From the NCBI GenBank assembly GCA_963748875.1, contig CAVVKC010000001.1, forward strand, positions 1,767,010 through 1,831,009: a stretch of 64,000 nt of DNA. Reading direction: 5' to 3'. The first letter of the stretch is position 1. Each line of letters starts with the position of its first letter. A program made the translations under genes and the position numbers. The notes under the pieces were generated by a model. The model was given only the letters and a program-made list of their open reading frames with translations, was not told the DNA's origin and did no database searches. This DNA comes from Vulcanimicrobiota bacterium (GTDB lineage: Bacteria > Vulcanimicrobiota > Vulcanimicrobiia > Vulcanimicrobiales > Vulcanimicrobiaceae). This document shows, piece after piece, positions 62,661 through 64,000 of this stretch.

Positions 62661-62809
62661 CTCTACGAAGCGTTTAAATCCCGAGCGATTGAAGGGGCGA
62701 GGCTCGAGCCCTAGGCGCGGGAAGCGGAACGGGCGGGGCGCCGGGACGCCCCTTCCCTCCGTCCCACACTGAGGCTTTACGAAGTGATAATCCCGAGCGA
62801 TTGAAAAAT
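62661..62809 (+). repeat. two copies of a ~34-nt direct repeat ending in ATTGAA, plus a weaker third copy near 62623
   Basis: CTCTACGAAGCGTTTAAATCCCGAGCGATTGAAGG (62661-62695) and CTTTACGAAGTGAT-AATCCCGAGCGATTGAAAAA (62775-62809). The 17-nt core AATCCCGAGCGATTGAA is identical at 62677 and 62789. Confidence 0.6.
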
Positions 62810-62956
62810 AGCCGTTGTCGGCCACTCTAGAAAAATGGCGCATAACACGCGCGTGGTTGGCCAAGAAGCCTAGCGACGTTGTTGTGCGGGAGGTGCCACG
62901 CAGCGGGCGTCGCATTATAAAGCGACCGCGCGTTCAGCGCGGCGGAGGACATCGCG

Positions 62957-64000
62957 ATGCATTCAAGCTCTCGATCTGCGTTCCATTTCCTTTGCGGTTA
63001 CGTTGCATGGATACTCGTCGCGCTGCTCGCGGCCTGCGGCCGATGGCAGCCGCCGCTGAATGCAAGTGGCACAGCAGGCGTCGCCGGCGCGCATACGGGC
63101 CGCAATCCTACATCGAGCTATAATCTTTTGTACTCGCTTCGTTCTCCTGATGGCAAGAATCCGATTTCGAGCTTAACCTATGTGAACGGCAGCTTCTACA
63201 GCACCACCAAAAGAGGCGGTACTGGTCATGGAGGGACGGTGTTTGCTCTAGATTCGCAGGGCAAGCTGAGCATTATTCACAGCTTCCGAGCGGGACCCAC
63301 CGGCTATGACGGTTTTTTCCCCTTGGGTGGAGTTACCGAGCTGAACGGCACGCTTTACGGCACGACGTCCTGGGGCGGCACGAAGCAATGCAACCCAAAG
63401 AAACGCGTGTGCGGAGTCGTCTATCAAATTTCGCCGTCGGGTTCAAACTTCAAGGTCATCCATCGGTTTTCGGGTGGTTCCGATGGATCGTATCCCTATG
63501 GCAATCTGTTGGCTCTGAACGGCAAGCTCTACGGAACGACGGTAGACAAGGTCTTCGCGATCACTCCGTCGGGAAAGCTGACGACGGTTTATACGTTGAA
63601 AAACCAAGCCGATGGAACCCAATTCAATGGCGGTCTCGTTACGCTGCAGGGAACTCTTTACGGCACGACGCGATTCGGCGGGGCGACCTGCGGCTGCGGA
63701 ATCGTTTTTAGTCTGACGGCTTCCGGTGTGAAGCGCACGCTGCACAGCTTTCAAAAAGCTCGAGACGGCGACTACCCCGAAGCGGGATTGACCGTCTTGC
63801 ATGGGTCGCTCTATGGCACGACGTCAGCGGGTGGGACGCGCTTTTACTGTGGATCCGGATACGGATCGAACGGGTGCGGAACGGTCTTCGAGGTGAGCAC
63901 GTCAGGTGAATATCGCGTTCTGTACCGTTTCCGAGGAGCGAACGACGGCGCAAGTCCGCAGGCGTCTCTGCTTGTGCTCGACGACACGCTTTACGGCACC
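62957..64000 (+). CDS. GloVer-type tandem-repeat lipoprotein; C-terminus outside the window
   Basis: Absent from the ORF track because it runs off the window. GGAGGA RBS, ATG 62957. MHSSSRSAFHFLCGYVAWILVALLAACG lipobox. Repeats ...LNGTLYGTTSWGG...CGVVYQIS, FKVIHRFSGGSDGSYPYGNLLALNGKLYGTT. Confidence 0.8.
   Translation, partial: MHSSSRSAFHFLCGYVAWILVALLAACGRWQPPLNASGTAGVAGAHTGRNPTSSYNLLYSLRSPDGKNPISSLTYVNGSFYSTTKRGGTGHGGTVFALDSQGKLSIIHSFRAGPTGYDGFFPLGGVTELNGTLYGTTSWGGTKQCNPKKRVCGVVYQISPSGSNFKVIHRFSGGSDGSYPYGNLLALNGKLYGTTVDKVFAITPSGKLTTVYTLKNQADGTQFNGGLVTLQGTLYGTTRFGGATCGCGIVFSLTASGVKRTLHSFQKARDGDYPEAGLTVLHGSLYGTTSAGGTRFYCGSGYGSNGCGTVFEVSTSGEYRVLYRFRGANDGASPQASLLVLDDTLYGT

Noticed and set aside
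62616-62809. A bona fide CRISPR array.
   Set aside because: Only 2-3 copies are present, with irregular spacing (about 45 and 112 nt). There are no cas genes in the window. It is reported only as a repeat-like remnant.
62583-62915. 110-aa ORF on the minus strand.
   Set aside because: It runs across the direct repeats and GC-rich hairpins. The composition is Arg/Gly/Pro-rich, there is no RBS, and it overlaps the upstream region of the GloVer gene. It is probably non-coding.
1-64000. Diversity-generating retroelement acting on the variable GloVer repeats.
   Set aside because: I found no reverse-transcriptase-like ORF and no template/variable repeat pair with adenine-specific mismatches.

Overview
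GC-rich bacterial chromosomal window with about 60 credible protein genes. I found no rRNA, no intact tRNA and no cas genes by eye. The repeat family and lipobox style suggest an Eremiobacterota- or Acidobacteria-like diderm, but that is only a guess. From 1 to 43.5 kb there is a dense, mostly intact set of envelope, transport and detoxification genes. They include a phosphoesterase, an AI-2E transporter, a TonB-dependent receptor, solute-binding proteins, a CPA antiporter, an APC permease, a HiPIP, an alpha/beta hydrolase, a GNAT and Mop. Interspersed are two expanded lipoprotein families. One is the GloVer-type tandem-repeat proteins (LYSF.GG.DG..P...L....GTLYGTT..GG....GTVF), with 7 loci including one pseudogene. 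The other is NHL/beta-propeller lipoproteins, with 5 loci. An IS110-family element sits at about 5.7-7.1 kb. From 43.5 to 63 kb the sequence is an IS-riddled variable region. It holds three copies of an IS3-family right end and an IS3 orfA stub fused to a metallo-beta-lactamase-fold gene. It also holds an rve tail fragment and a complete IS21-family element (53231-55740) with 8-bp target duplications that splits a gene. Further along are two serine-recombinase pseudogenes, a HEPN fragment, tRNA-like fragments and a CRISPR-repeat-like direct repeat. I could not identify one clear-cut new system. The best candidates for follow-up are listed here.
- Three catalytic-motif-deficient enzyme homologues: B1-MBL-like, R61 DD-peptidase-like and PlsY-like.
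- The IS110 5' non-coding region as a bridge-RNA candidate.
- The IS3-flanked MBL-like cassette with adjacent tRNA-like modules.
- The coupled propeller/GloVer lipoprotein operons.
All functional calls come from motif recognition by eye and recall of family signatures. No searches were run.
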